Below are positions 1 through 7,981 of a stretch of 15,435 nt of DNA, one piece after another. Below the pieces are notes generated by a model that saw nothing but the letters and a program-made list of their open reading frames with translations, did no database searches and was not told the origin of the DNA. Both the position numbers and the translations under genes were made by a program. Position 1 is the stretch's first letter. Each line of letters begins with the position of its first letter. Source of the DNA: a bacterium (GTDB lineage: Bacteria > Sysuimicrobiota > Sysuimicrobiia > Sysuimicrobiales > Kaftiobacteriaceae); contig JBIOWP010000155.1 of assembly GCA_044868695.1 (NCBI GenBank), positions 1-15,435 on the forward strand, written 5' to 3'.

Positions 1-2
1 GC

Positions 3-296
3 CATCCCTACACGATGGGGCTCCGCAACGCGTTCCCCAGCCTGCGGACCCAGGCGGCCCAGCTGGTGCCGATCGAAGGCTACCCGCCGGACCTGATCGC
101 GCCGCCGCCGGGATGCGCGTTCGCCGCCCGCTGTCCGTTCGCGATCCCGCGGTGCTGGGACGAGGATCCGCCGCTGGTGGCCGACGCCGCCCACCTGTCC
201 GCCTGCCACCGCTCGTCCGAAGCCGGCACCCTGCGCGCCCAGGCCGCCGAGGCCTTCGCGCGGGTTTCGACTTCCCCGGCCGGAGCGCCGCCGTGA
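3..296 (+). CDS. Oligopeptide/dipeptide ABC transporter ATP-binding subunit (OppD/DppD-like), C-terminal fragment, truncated by window start
   Basis: Frame from base 3 reads HPYTMGLRNAFP...PPPGCAFAARCPFAIPRC...HLSACH, the oligo_HPY C-terminal domain with four Cys. Stop TGA 294-296 overlaps the next start (GTGA). Confidence 0.9.
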   Translation, partial: HPYTMGLRNAFPSLRTQAAQLVPIEGYPPDLIAPPPGCAFAARCPFAIPRCWDEDPPLVADAAHLSACHRSSEAGTLRAQAAEAFARVSTSPAGAPP

Positions 297-1279
297 GCCT
301 GCTGGAGGTCAGCGATCTGCGCAAGGAGTACCCGCTGCACGGGGGGCTGTTGGGCCCCGTGCTGGCGCGCCGGGTCGTGCATGCGGTCAATGGCGTTTCG
401 TTTGCGGTTGACGAGGGCGGGAGCCTGGGGCTGGCGGGCGAGAGCGGCTGCGGGAAGACGACCACCGCCAAGCTCATCCTCCGGCTGCTGCGGCCGACCG
501 CGGGGACGATCCGGTTCGCCGGCCGGGAGATCGCCGGCCTGGAAGGCTCCGGGCTGCTCGCCTACCGCCGCCAGGCGCAGTTCGTCTTCCAGAATCCCTA
601 CGAAGCGCTCAATCCCCGCTTCACGATCCTGCGCTCGCTGCTGGAGCCGCTGGTCATCCATGACATCGGCCATTCGATGCGCGAGCGGGTCGAGCGGGTG
701 GCCGGCGCGCTCTCGCGGGTGCACCTGGAGCCGCCGGAGACGTTCTTCACGAAATACCCGCATCAGCTCAGCGGCGGCCAGCTGCAGCGTGTGGTCATCG
801 CGAGGGCGCTGCTGGTCGACCCGGTGCTGCTCGTGGCCGATGAGCCGGTCTCGATGCTGGACGTCAGCGTCCGCGCCGGCGTGCTGAACCTGATGCGCGA
901 GCTCAGAGCCGAGCGTCATCTCACCACGATCTACATCTCACACGACCTGGCCCTCCTGCGGTATATGTGCGATGTCACCGCGGTGATGTATCTGGGGACG
1001 ATCTGCGAGATCGGGCCGACTGCCGAGGTGATCGAACACCCGCGGCATCCCTACACGCAGGCGCTGGTGTCCGCGGTGCCGGATCCCGATCCCGAACGGC
1101 CCCGCGCCGCAGTGGAGATCGCCGACACCGTCCCCACCCCGTTCCACCTGCCGCCGGGCTGTCCGTTCGCGGACCGGTGCCCGAAGGTGATGACGCACTG
1201 CCGCACCGTCCGGCCGCTGCTGCTCCCCATGGAGGGGGGTTCTTCCGTGGCCTGCCACCTCTACGGCGGCGGCTCCTGA
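293..1279 (+). CDS. Oligopeptide/dipeptide ABC transporter ATP-binding subunit (OppF/DppF-like), 328 aa
   Basis: GTG start overlaps the upstream stop; the ORF-track start at 113 is too early. Walker A GESGCGKT, Q-loop FQNP, signature LSGGQLQR, Walker B VADEP, H-loop ISHD, and HPYT + GCPFADRCP...C...C tail. Confidence 0.95.
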   Translation: MSLLEVSDLRKEYPLHGGLLGPVLARRVVHAVNGVSFAVDEGGSLGLAGESGCGKTTTAKLILRLLRPTAGTIRFAGREIAGLEGSGLLAYRRQAQFVFQNPYEALNPRFTILRSLLEPLVIHDIGHSMRERVERVAGALSRVHLEPPETFFTKYPHQLSGGQLQRVVIARALLVDPVLLVADEPVSMLDVSVRAGVLNLMRELRAERHLTTIYISHDLALLRYMCDVTAVMYLGTICEIGPTAEVIEHPRHPYTQALVSAVPDPDPERPRAAVEIADTVPTPFHLPPGCPFADRCPKVMTHCRTVRPLLLPMEGGSSVACHLYGGGS

Positions 1280-1782
1280 TGCGCGCGCCGACGGGGCTGG
1301 ATCCGCTGGATGTCGAGATCATCCGCCTGCTGCAACGGGACGGCCGCCTGCCCTACAGCGCGATCGCCGCGCGGTTCGACGTGGCCGAAGGCACGGTCCG
1401 CAAGCGGGTGACGCGCCTGCTCGAGGAAGGATACCTGCGCCTGGTCGGCGTGGCCAACCCGTTCAAAGTGGGGATGGACGTCGTCGCGATCATCGGCCTC
1501 AACGTCGCCCGGCAGAAGATGGCGCAGTCCCGCACCCACCTGCAGCGCCTCGAGCCGGTGCGCTACATCGCCATCACCACCGGGACGTTTGATTTCATCA
1601 TCGAGGTCGTGCTGCCGTCGATGCAGGACCTGCTGCGATTTCTGGTGTCGGATCTGGCCCGCGTGCCGGGCGTGAACCACACGGAAACCTCACTGGTGCT
1701 GGAAATCCCCAAGCAGAGTTACAACTGGCTGCCGTCCGCCCTGCGGACCGGCCGCCGGCGGGCGCGCGAGCGGCGCCACTAG
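1279..1782 (+). CDS. Lrp/AsnC family transcriptional regulator, 167 aa
   Basis: ATG in a TGATG overlap. N-terminal LDPLDVEIIRLLQRDGRLPYSAIAARFDVAEGTVRKRVTRL is the AsnC helix-turn-helix. TTGTFDFIIEV...VPGVNHTETSLVL fits the RAM ligand-binding domain. Confidence 0.93.
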   Translation: MRAPTGLDPLDVEIIRLLQRDGRLPYSAIAARFDVAEGTVRKRVTRLLEEGYLRLVGVANPFKVGMDVVAIIGLNVARQKMAQSRTHLQRLEPVRYIAITTGTFDFIIEVVLPSMQDLLRFLVSDLARVPGVNHTETSLVLEIPKQSYNWLPSALRTGRRRARERRH

Positions 1783-1794
1783 AGGAGGATGAGG

Positions 1795-3555
1795 ATGAGC
1801 TACGTCGATCCGCACGAGGGCGCGCTGCGCGACGCCGTGTCGCTGGAGGAGCCGCGCGCGTTGATCTCCCGGTTTTCGACGCTGGTGCGCGAGTCCGGCA
1901 GCGAGGCCGAGTGGGCGGCGGCGCGGGAGATCGCCGGCCGCCTGGCCGCGTGGGGGGTGCCCCACACCGTGCACGAACCGCTGCTCTACCTCAGTGTCCC
2001 CGAGCGCGCGTCCCTGGAGGTCGTGGCTCCCGCGCCGGCCACCCTGCGCGCAAAGACGCCGTCGTTTTCGGTCTCCACCAACGGCACGCCGGTCCGGGGC
2101 CGCGTCGTCTACGTGCCCACGGTCGCCGGGGCGCCCTTTACCGACACGTTCGACACGCCGCTGCCCGCCGACGTGCCTGACGTCTCCGGCCGCATCGTGC
2201 TCACCGACGGCTTCCCCTCGCCGCAGAAGGTCCTGGCCCTGCAGCAGCACGGCGCCGCGGCGATCATCTTCACCCACCCCGGCCGGTCGATTCACGAGAT
2301 GATCTGCACGACGATCTGGGGCGCGCCCGACCTGGATGCGCTGATGCGCAAGCCCACCGTCGCGGTCGTCAGCGTGAATCACACTGACGGCGAGGCCCTC
2401 GCCGCGCAGGCCCGCTCCGGCAGCCTGGAGGTCGCCGTCCACACACGCCTGCGGGAGGGATGGATGCGGTGCCCGGTGGTCGTGGCGGAGATTCCCGGCA
2501 CCGAGGAGCCCGATGTCTTCCTGCTCGCGCACGGCCACATCGATTCCTGGCACGTCGGCATCGGCGACAACGCCACCGGCGACGCGGCGCTGCTGGAGCT
2601 GGCCCGCATCTTCTGGGCGCACCGGGGCCGGCTGCGCCGGTCGCTGCGCGTGGCGTGGTGGGCGGGGCACTCCACCGGCCGGTATGGCGGGTCCACCTGG
2701 TTCGCGGATACGTTTGCGCTCGATCTGGTGGAGCGGTGCCTGGCGCACATGAACATCGACTCCCCGGGCTGCCGATGGGCGACGGAGTATGAAGACATCT
2801 CCTGGATGAGCGAGACCGAGGCGCTGTGCCAGGCGGCCATCCGCGACGCGACGGGGCAGCCGTCGTTCGGTGAGCGGCCGCACCGCGCCGGGGACTGGTC
2901 GTTCAACAACCTCGGGATCAGCGGCTTCTTCATGCTGTTCTCCACAATGCCGAAGCGGTTACTGGCGGAGAAGGGGTACTATCCGGTGGGCGGTTGCGGC
3001 GCGAACATCGCCTGGCACACCGAGGACGACACGATGCCGATTTTCGATGAAGACAACCTGGAGCGCGATCTGAAGGCGTACACGACGGCGGTCGTCCGGG
3101 CGCTGAACGCGCCCGTGCATCCGCTGGACTTTCGCGCGGTCACGCGCGAGTTTGCCGGGACGCTGGCCGGGTACCAGGCGACCGCGGGCGATCAGTTCGA
3201 TCTCTCGCCCGCCGCCGCGGATCTCGCGGCGCTGGAGCGCTCGCTGGACGGATTCTACCGGCGCTGTGAGGAGCTGGCGGGCCAGCCGGTCGGTGACCCG
3301 CGCGTCCGCGCCGCCAACACGGCGCTCCGCGGGATCGCCCGCCGCCTGGTGACGGTAAACTTCGCTCGCGCCGACCGGTTCCACCATGATCCCGCCGCGC
3401 CGATTCCCCCGCTGCCGGATCTCTCCGCGGTGGCGCAGCTACGGACGGCCGACGCGGTGGCCCGCGGGTTCGTACAGACCCACCTGCTGCGCGGGCGGAA
3501 CCGCCTGATCTGGGCCCTGCGGGAGGCCCGGCGTCTTGCCGAGTCCGCGCCGTGA
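1795..3555 (+). CDS. M28-family metallopeptidase-like hydrolase with PA domain and helical C-terminal domain (paralog 1), 586 aa
   Basis: SD AGAGGAGG 1781-1788 favours ATG 1795 (alternative 1789). Motifs HGHIDSW, GIGDNATG, NIDSPG, WHTEDDT. PA-like segment VSGRIVLT...KVLALQQHGAAAIIF. No signal peptide. Confidence 0.88.
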   Translation: MSYVDPHEGALRDAVSLEEPRALISRFSTLVRESGSEAEWAAAREIAGRLAAWGVPHTVHEPLLYLSVPERASLEVVAPAPATLRAKTPSFSVSTNGTPVRGRVVYVPTVAGAPFTDTFDTPLPADVPDVSGRIVLTDGFPSPQKVLALQQHGAAAIIFTHPGRSIHEMICTTIWGAPDLDALMRKPTVAVVSVNHTDGEALAAQARSGSLEVAVHTRLREGWMRCPVVVAEIPGTEEPDVFLLAHGHIDSWHVGIGDNATGDAALLELARIFWAHRGRLRRSLRVAWWAGHSTGRYGGSTWFADTFALDLVERCLAHMNIDSPGCRWATEYEDISWMSETEALCQAAIRDATGQPSFGERPHRAGDWSFNNLGISGFFMLFSTMPKRLLAEKGYYPVGGCGANIAWHTEDDTMPIFDEDNLERDLKAYTTAVVRALNAPVHPLDFRAVTREFAGTLAGYQATAGDQFDLSPAAADLAALERSLDGFYRRCEELAGQPVGDPRVRAANTALRGIARRLVTVNFARADRFHHDPAAPIPPLPDLSAVAQLRTADAVARGFVQTHLLRGRNRLIWALREARRLAESAP

Positions 3556-3567
3556 GACCCCGAGGCA

Positions 3568-3595
3568 TTGACAACAGGGGGCGGGGTGTTAGTGT
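3568..3595 (+). promoter_or_regulatory. Putative sigma70-type promoter for the IclR/ABC/hydrolase operon
   Basis: Perfect -35 TTGACA 3568-3573, 16-bp spacer, extended -10 TG-n-TAGTGT (3587-3595). Further -10-like hexamers TATGGT 3596-3601 and TACAAT 3602-3607. This is the only long intergenic gap and is visibly AT-richer than the genes. Confidence 0.65.
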
Positions 3596-3624
3596 TATGG
3601 TTACAATTCGTCGAGTAAACTGCG

Positions 3625-3641
3625 GTTTCGTTAGACGGAAC
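3625..3641. promoter_or_regulatory. Candidate IclR operator (imperfect 17-bp palindrome)
   Basis: GTTTCGT-TAG-ACGGAAC, 6 of 7 arm positions complementary. Lies between the predicted promoter and the iclR start codon. Confidence 0.55.
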
Positions 3642-3660
3642 ACCCACCCTCTCTCGATTC

Positions 3661-4485
3661 ATGCCGACCGCGCCGAAGCGGGATCCGACCTACACGATCG
3701 ACGCGCTGCACCAGGCGCTGCGGGTGCTGGACACCTTCCTGCTCCACGGGCGGGACAGCGTGCGGCTCGCGGAGCTCAGCCGGGAATTGGGCCTGAACAA
3801 GAGCCGCGTCTTCCGCATTGCCGCCACGCTGGAACAGCACGGCTACCTGGCGCAGGATCCCGCGACGCGCGCCTACCGCCTGGGCCTGAAGTGCATCGAG
3901 CTCGGCCAGGCCGCGCGGCGCCACCTCTCGCTATTGGATGCGGCGGATCCCGTGCTCACCGACCTGGCGGAGCACACGGGCGAGACGGTGTTTCTGGGCG
4001 TGCGCGACGGGCTCGAGGCGGTGTGCGTCGCGATGCGAGAAAGCCGCCACTCGGTGCGGTTGACCGCGGAGATCGGCCGGCGCGTGCCCCTGTACGTCGG
4101 CGGCATCCCCAAGATGCTGCTGGCGATGCTCCCGCCCCCCGAGCAGGAGGAGGTCGTCGGCCGGCTGCGGCTGGTGCCGATCACCGCCAAAACCATCACC
4201 TCCCGGTCGGAGCTGCGCCGCCAGGTCGCCGCCATCCGAGCTCAGGGCTACGTGGTGACCGCCGACGATCTGGATCTCGGCGCGACCTCGGTGGCCGCGC
4301 CCGTCTTCGGGCCGGCCGGGGAGCTGATCGCCGGGCTCAGTGTCGCCGGGCCTACCGAGCGCTTCACGCCTCAATTTGTCGATCGGGCGGTGCGCCTCAC
4401 GCTGGCCGCCGCCGACCGCATCCGCGTCGCCCTGGGCGGGGCCGCGGCTGCGCGCGCGCACGCGACGCCCGTGGGCAGGCCATAG
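3661..4485 (+). CDS. IclR family transcriptional regulator, 274 aa
   Basis: N-terminal HTH ALRVLDTF...LAELSRELGLNKSRVFRIAATLEQHGYLAQDPATRAYRLG. GETVFLGV, GRRVPLY..GIPKMLLA and IRAQGYV...DLGATSVAAPVF of the IclR effector domain. Confidence 0.95.
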   Translation: MPTAPKRDPTYTIDALHQALRVLDTFLLHGRDSVRLAELSRELGLNKSRVFRIAATLEQHGYLAQDPATRAYRLGLKCIELGQAARRHLSLLDAADPVLTDLAEHTGETVFLGVRDGLEAVCVAMRESRHSVRLTAEIGRRVPLYVGGIPKMLLAMLPPPEQEEVVGRLRLVPITAKTITSRSELRRQVAAIRAQGYVVTADDLDLGATSVAAPVFGPAGELIAGLSVAGPTERFTPQFVDRAVRLTLAAADRIRVALGGAAAARAHATPVGRP

Positions 4486-4504
4486 CGCACCAGGGGGTGA
4501 GGGT

Positions 4505-6139
4505 ATGAGTCGATTGCAGGAAGAGCAGCTTGCCGATCTGGTGGCAAAACTCAAGTCCGGAGTGATCACGCGGCGCGAGTTTATCGCCGCCGCGAGCCTG
4601 CTCGGGGGGCTGACCGCCGCCGGCGGCACGATCGCGTCCATCCTGGACTCGGCCGGGCTGCGCGGCACGATCGCCAATCCGCTGCCGGCCGCGGCGGCCG
4701 GGGCGGCGAAGCGGGGCGGGACGGTCGTGGCGGCCACGATCGACAAGCCGGTAAACATGGATCCGGCCTTTGCCGAGCTGTACTCCTCGATGCAGGTCTA
4801 CCAGAACGTGTTCAGCAAGCTGGTCTACGTCGACCGCAACTACAAGTTCGTCCCCGGGCTGGCCAAGAGCTGGCGCCAGGTCAATGCGACGACGTGGGAG
4901 TTCGACCTGGTGGACAATGCCTGGTTCCACAACGGCGACAAGTGCTCGGCGGCCGACGTGAAGTACACGTTCGACCGGCTCTTCGACAAGAAGCTCGGCG
5001 CCGCCAACGCGGTGTTCCTCGCGCCCACCGAGGGTGTGGAAGTCGTCAGCCCGACCCGCGTGCGCATCATCACCAAGCCCAACTGGGGCGGCCTCATTCC
5101 ATCCCTCGCCGCGGTGCTGGAGGTCGTGAGCAAGAGGGCCATCGAGAGTGCCGATCCGAAGCTGGCTCCGGTGGGCACGGGGCCGTTCAAGTTCACCGAG
5201 TGGGTGAAAGACGACCACATCACGCTAGAACGCTGGGAGAAGTACTTCAAGCCGGGCCGGCCCTCCCTCGACCGCGTCATCTTCAAGGCCATCGCCAACG
5301 ACACCGTACGTCTGACCGGACTGCAGAAGGGCGAGCTCAACTGGATCGAGCAGGTGCCCCTGCAGATGGTGGACCAGCTGAAAAAGAGCGGGGCCATCAA
5401 GGCCAATCCCAACGGGGCCTTCTTCCCGGATCTCTTCCTAATCAACTGCACCAAGCCGCCGTTCGACAAGGTCGAGGTGCGCCAGGCTCTGTCGTGGGTC
5501 TTGGACCGCAAGGCCATCGCCCGGCTGGTGTGGTTCGGCCAGGCCATGCCGTCGGCCGAAGCGCTCGCGCCCACCAACCCGCTGTACAGCGGCGTCGATC
5601 CGTTCGAAGGCGCGCCCAACGTCGCCAAGGCGAAGGACCTGCTGGCCAAAGCCGGTTACCCGCGCGGGCTCCGGGCGGTGTTCGCCGCCCAGCCGCAGGT
5701 GCCCACCCAGGTGCAGGTCGGCCAGTTGATCCAGCAGATGGCCAAGCCGGCCGGCCTCGACATCGAGGTGCGGTCGTTCGAGTCGGCCCGCTGGTTTGAG
5801 GAGCTGGCGACCAAACGCTATGACTTCACCAGCACGTACTGGTCGGCGACGCTCGATCCCGAGCACTGCTACTTCCCGCTCGGCCACTCGCAGTCGCCGT
5901 GGAACTTCGCCGGGTATAAGAACGAGCAACTGGACCGGGCGCTGGAGAAATACCGCTTCACCGTCGATCCGGTCGAACGCAAGAAGGCATACGCCGTGGC
6001 GGTGCGCCTGATGGCGGAAGGCGCGCCGGTGGTCTTCCAGGTGAATTTCCTCCGGACCTACTGGACACAGCCCAACGTGATCGGTGCGGCGACGCTGCCG
6101 AGCCTCGAGCTGCGGATGGAGGACATCTCGTACGCCTGA
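4505..6139 (+). CDS. ABC transporter substrate-binding protein, family 5 (OppA/DppA/NikA-like), Tat-exported, 544 aa
   Basis: Purine-rich SD-like sequence before ATG 4505. Twin-arginine motif TRREFI followed by a hydrophobic stretch. Family-5 motifs PGLAKSW, WFHNG...AADVKYTF, PVGTGPFKF, PPFDKVEVRQAL, AKAKDLLAKAG. Confidence 0.95.
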   Translation: MSRLQEEQLADLVAKLKSGVITRREFIAAASLLGGLTAAGGTIASILDSAGLRGTIANPLPAAAAGAAKRGGTVVAATIDKPVNMDPAFAELYSSMQVYQNVFSKLVYVDRNYKFVPGLAKSWRQVNATTWEFDLVDNAWFHNGDKCSAADVKYTFDRLFDKKLGAANAVFLAPTEGVEVVSPTRVRIITKPNWGGLIPSLAAVLEVVSKRAIESADPKLAPVGTGPFKFTEWVKDDHITLERWEKYFKPGRPSLDRVIFKAIANDTVRLTGLQKGELNWIEQVPLQMVDQLKKSGAIKANPNGAFFPDLFLINCTKPPFDKVEVRQALSWVLDRKAIARLVWFGQAMPSAEALAPTNPLYSGVDPFEGAPNVAKAKDLLAKAGYPRGLRAVFAAQPQVPTQVQVGQLIQQMAKPAGLDIEVRSFESARWFEELATKRYDFTSTYWSATLDPEHCYFPLGHSQSPWNFAGYKNEQLDRALEKYRFTVDPVERKKAYAVAVRLMAEGAPVVFQVNFLRTYWTQPNVIGAATLPSLELRMEDISYA

Positions 6140-6157
6140 CGACGTAGGGGCACGGCG

Positions 6158-7108
6158 ATGGGGCTGGTCCGGTTTGTTGGGCAGCGGCTGCTGCTGACCG
6201 TCCCCGTGCTGGCGGGGATGTCGGTGGTGGTCTTCTTGCTGCTGCGGCTGGTCCCGGGGGATCCCGCGCAGGTCATCCTGGGCCTGCGCGCGACCCCGGA
6301 GGGCCTGGCCGCGATCCACCGGGACCTGGGACTCGACCTGCCCCTGCACCGGCAGTACCTGCACTGGGTGGGGAACGTCCTGTCCGGCGATCTCGGGCAG
6401 GACTACCGCAGCCATGTGCCGGTGACGGTGCTGCTCCGCCAGCGCCTGCCGGTCACCCTTGAGCTCGCCGCGCTGTCCATGCTGCTGTCGGTCCTGATCG
6501 CCGTGCCGCTGGGCGTCGCCGCGGCGGTACGCCGGGGCCGGGGGGCGGATCGGGCGGCCCTGCTGCTGGGCCTGATCGGCATCTCGATCCCCGATTTCTG
6601 GCTGGCCATCATGCTGGTGCTGTTCGTTGCGCTGGGCCTGGGTGTGCTCCCGTCGGCGGGATTCGTTCCGCTGAAGGAGGGGATCGCGGGCAACCTGCGC
6701 TCGCTGGTCCTGCCGGCCGTCACGCTGGCCGCCGGGCTGGCCGCGGTGCTCGTCAGGATGACGCGGGCCGGAATGCTCGAAGTGCTCGGCAGGGAGTACA
6801 TCAAGTTTGCGCGGGCGAAAGGCCTCCGGGAGCGCCTGGTCATCTACCGGCACGCCCTGCGCAACGCCGCCGTGCCGATCGTCACCCTGCTGGGCCTGCA
6901 GTCCGGCTACCTGTTGGGAGGCGCGGTGATCGTGGAGAATGTGTTTGATCTTCCCGGGCTGGGGAGCCTGACCGTCACCGCCACGCTGGAACGCAACTAT
7001 CCGGTCGTCCAGGCGACGGCGATGCTGATCGGGCTGCTGTTCGTCCTGGTGAATGTCGCCACGGATGTGCTGTACGGCGTGCTGAACCCGCGGATCCGGT
7101 TGCAATAG
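6158..7108 (+). CDS. Peptide ABC transporter permease (OppB/DppB-like), 316 aa
   Basis: LVPGDPA, LGLDLPLHRQYLHW, GDLGQD, RLPVTLEL, SIPDFWL, EAA loop YIKFARAKGL, RHALRNA, VENVFDLPGLG, RNYPVVQ, LNPRIR. Confidence 0.96.
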   Translation: MGLVRFVGQRLLLTVPVLAGMSVVVFLLLRLVPGDPAQVILGLRATPEGLAAIHRDLGLDLPLHRQYLHWVGNVLSGDLGQDYRSHVPVTVLLRQRLPVTLELAALSMLLSVLIAVPLGVAAAVRRGRGADRAALLLGLIGISIPDFWLAIMLVLFVALGLGVLPSAGFVPLKEGIAGNLRSLVLPAVTLAAGLAAVLVRMTRAGMLEVLGREYIKFARAKGLRERLVIYRHALRNAAVPIVTLLGLQSGYLLGGAVIVENVFDLPGLGSLTVTATLERNYPVVQATAMLIGLLFVLVNVATDVLYGVLNPRIRLQ

Positions 7109-7111
7109 GCG

Positions 7112-7981
7112 ATGGCGACTGCAGAGGTCACGGCCTCCCCGCATCGCGCGCTGCGCGCCGGAGACGTGCTCCGCCGCAGCCCGATGGCGTCGGCGGGGAT
7201 GGCCATGGGCATCGCGCTCGTCGCCCTGGCGGTGGGTGCGCCGCTGGTGGCGCCGGCGGATCCGACCGCGATGGATTTCAACGCGCCGTTCGCGAGGCCG
7301 GGCCGCACGCACCTGTTCGGCGCGGACAACTTCGGCCGGGACGTGTTCAGCCGGGTGTTGTTCGGCTACCGCACCTCGCTGCTGGTCGCCGCGGGGTCGG
7401 TGGCGCTGGCGGTGGCGCTCGGGTTGCCGCTGGGCGCGCTGGCCGGTTTCTTCGGCGGGCTGGTCGACCATCTCATCATGCGGCCGATGGATGCCTTGAT
7501 GGCGTTTCCGGCCATTTTGCTGACGGTGGCCTTCGTCGGAGTGGTCGGAGCGGGCACCGGCGTCTTGATCGTCGTGGTAGCAATCGTGTACCTGCCGATC
7601 ATTGCCCGCACGATGCGTGCGGCGGTGCTGGCGGTGCGCGTGGAGCCGTTCGTGGAGGGCGCGCGATCCCGCGGCGCATCGCCCCTGCGCCTGCTGCTGC
7701 GCCACGTGCTGCCCAACGCCATCGATCCCGTGCTAATCCAGGCCTCTGTGCTGATGGGGATTGCCATCCTCATCGAGGCGGCGCTGAGTTTCATCGGGTT
7801 GGGGACGCAGCCGCCCAACCCCTCCCTGGGCCTGATGCTGGCCGACGGAAGAGACATCATGCGCGACGCGCCCTGGGTCGTCATCTTTCCCGGCCTGGCG
7901 ATCATGCTGGCCGTCTTGAGTTTCAACATGGTCGCCGACGGCCTGCGCGACGTGCTCGATCCCCGGGGCACGGCGCGGTGA
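7112..7981 (+). CDS. Peptide ABC transporter permease (OppC/DppC-like), 289 aa
   Basis: HLFGADNFGRDVFSRVLFGYRTSL, DALMAFP, EAA loop FVEGARSRGAS, RHVLPN, EAALSFIGLG..PP.PSLG, DGLRDVLDPR. Confidence 0.96.
   Translation: MATAEVTASPHRALRAGDVLRRSPMASAGMAMGIALVALAVGAPLVAPADPTAMDFNAPFARPGRTHLFGADNFGRDVFSRVLFGYRTSLLVAAGSVALAVALGLPLGALAGFFGGLVDHLIMRPMDALMAFPAILLTVAFVGVVGAGTGVLIVVVAIVYLPIIARTMRAAVLAVRVEPFVEGARSRGASPLRLLLRHVLPNAIDPVLIQASVLMGIAILIEAALSFIGLGTQPPNPSLGLMLADGRDIMRDAPWVVIFPGLAIMLAVLSFNMVADGLRDVLDPRGTAR

Noticed and set aside
3557..3587. Inverted repeat ACCCCG-N19-CGGGGT as a terminator for module 1 (also GGGTGTT 3584-3590 / AACACCC 3639-3645)
   Set aside because: Short stems, long loops and no proper U-tract. 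Compatible with chance.
3552..4508. 318-aa + strand ORF spanning the promoter and iclR
   Set aside because: Alternative frame over the clear IclR gene, with low-complexity Arg/Ala/Gly composition.
5438..7705. 755-aa minus-strand ORF, and other long antisense ORFs (80-919, 1690-2883, 7366-8916, 10277-11761, 11397-12542, 12950-14200)
   Set aside because: Shadow frames of well-supported + strand genes in high-GC DNA. They are Arg/Gln/His-rich with no recognisable motifs.
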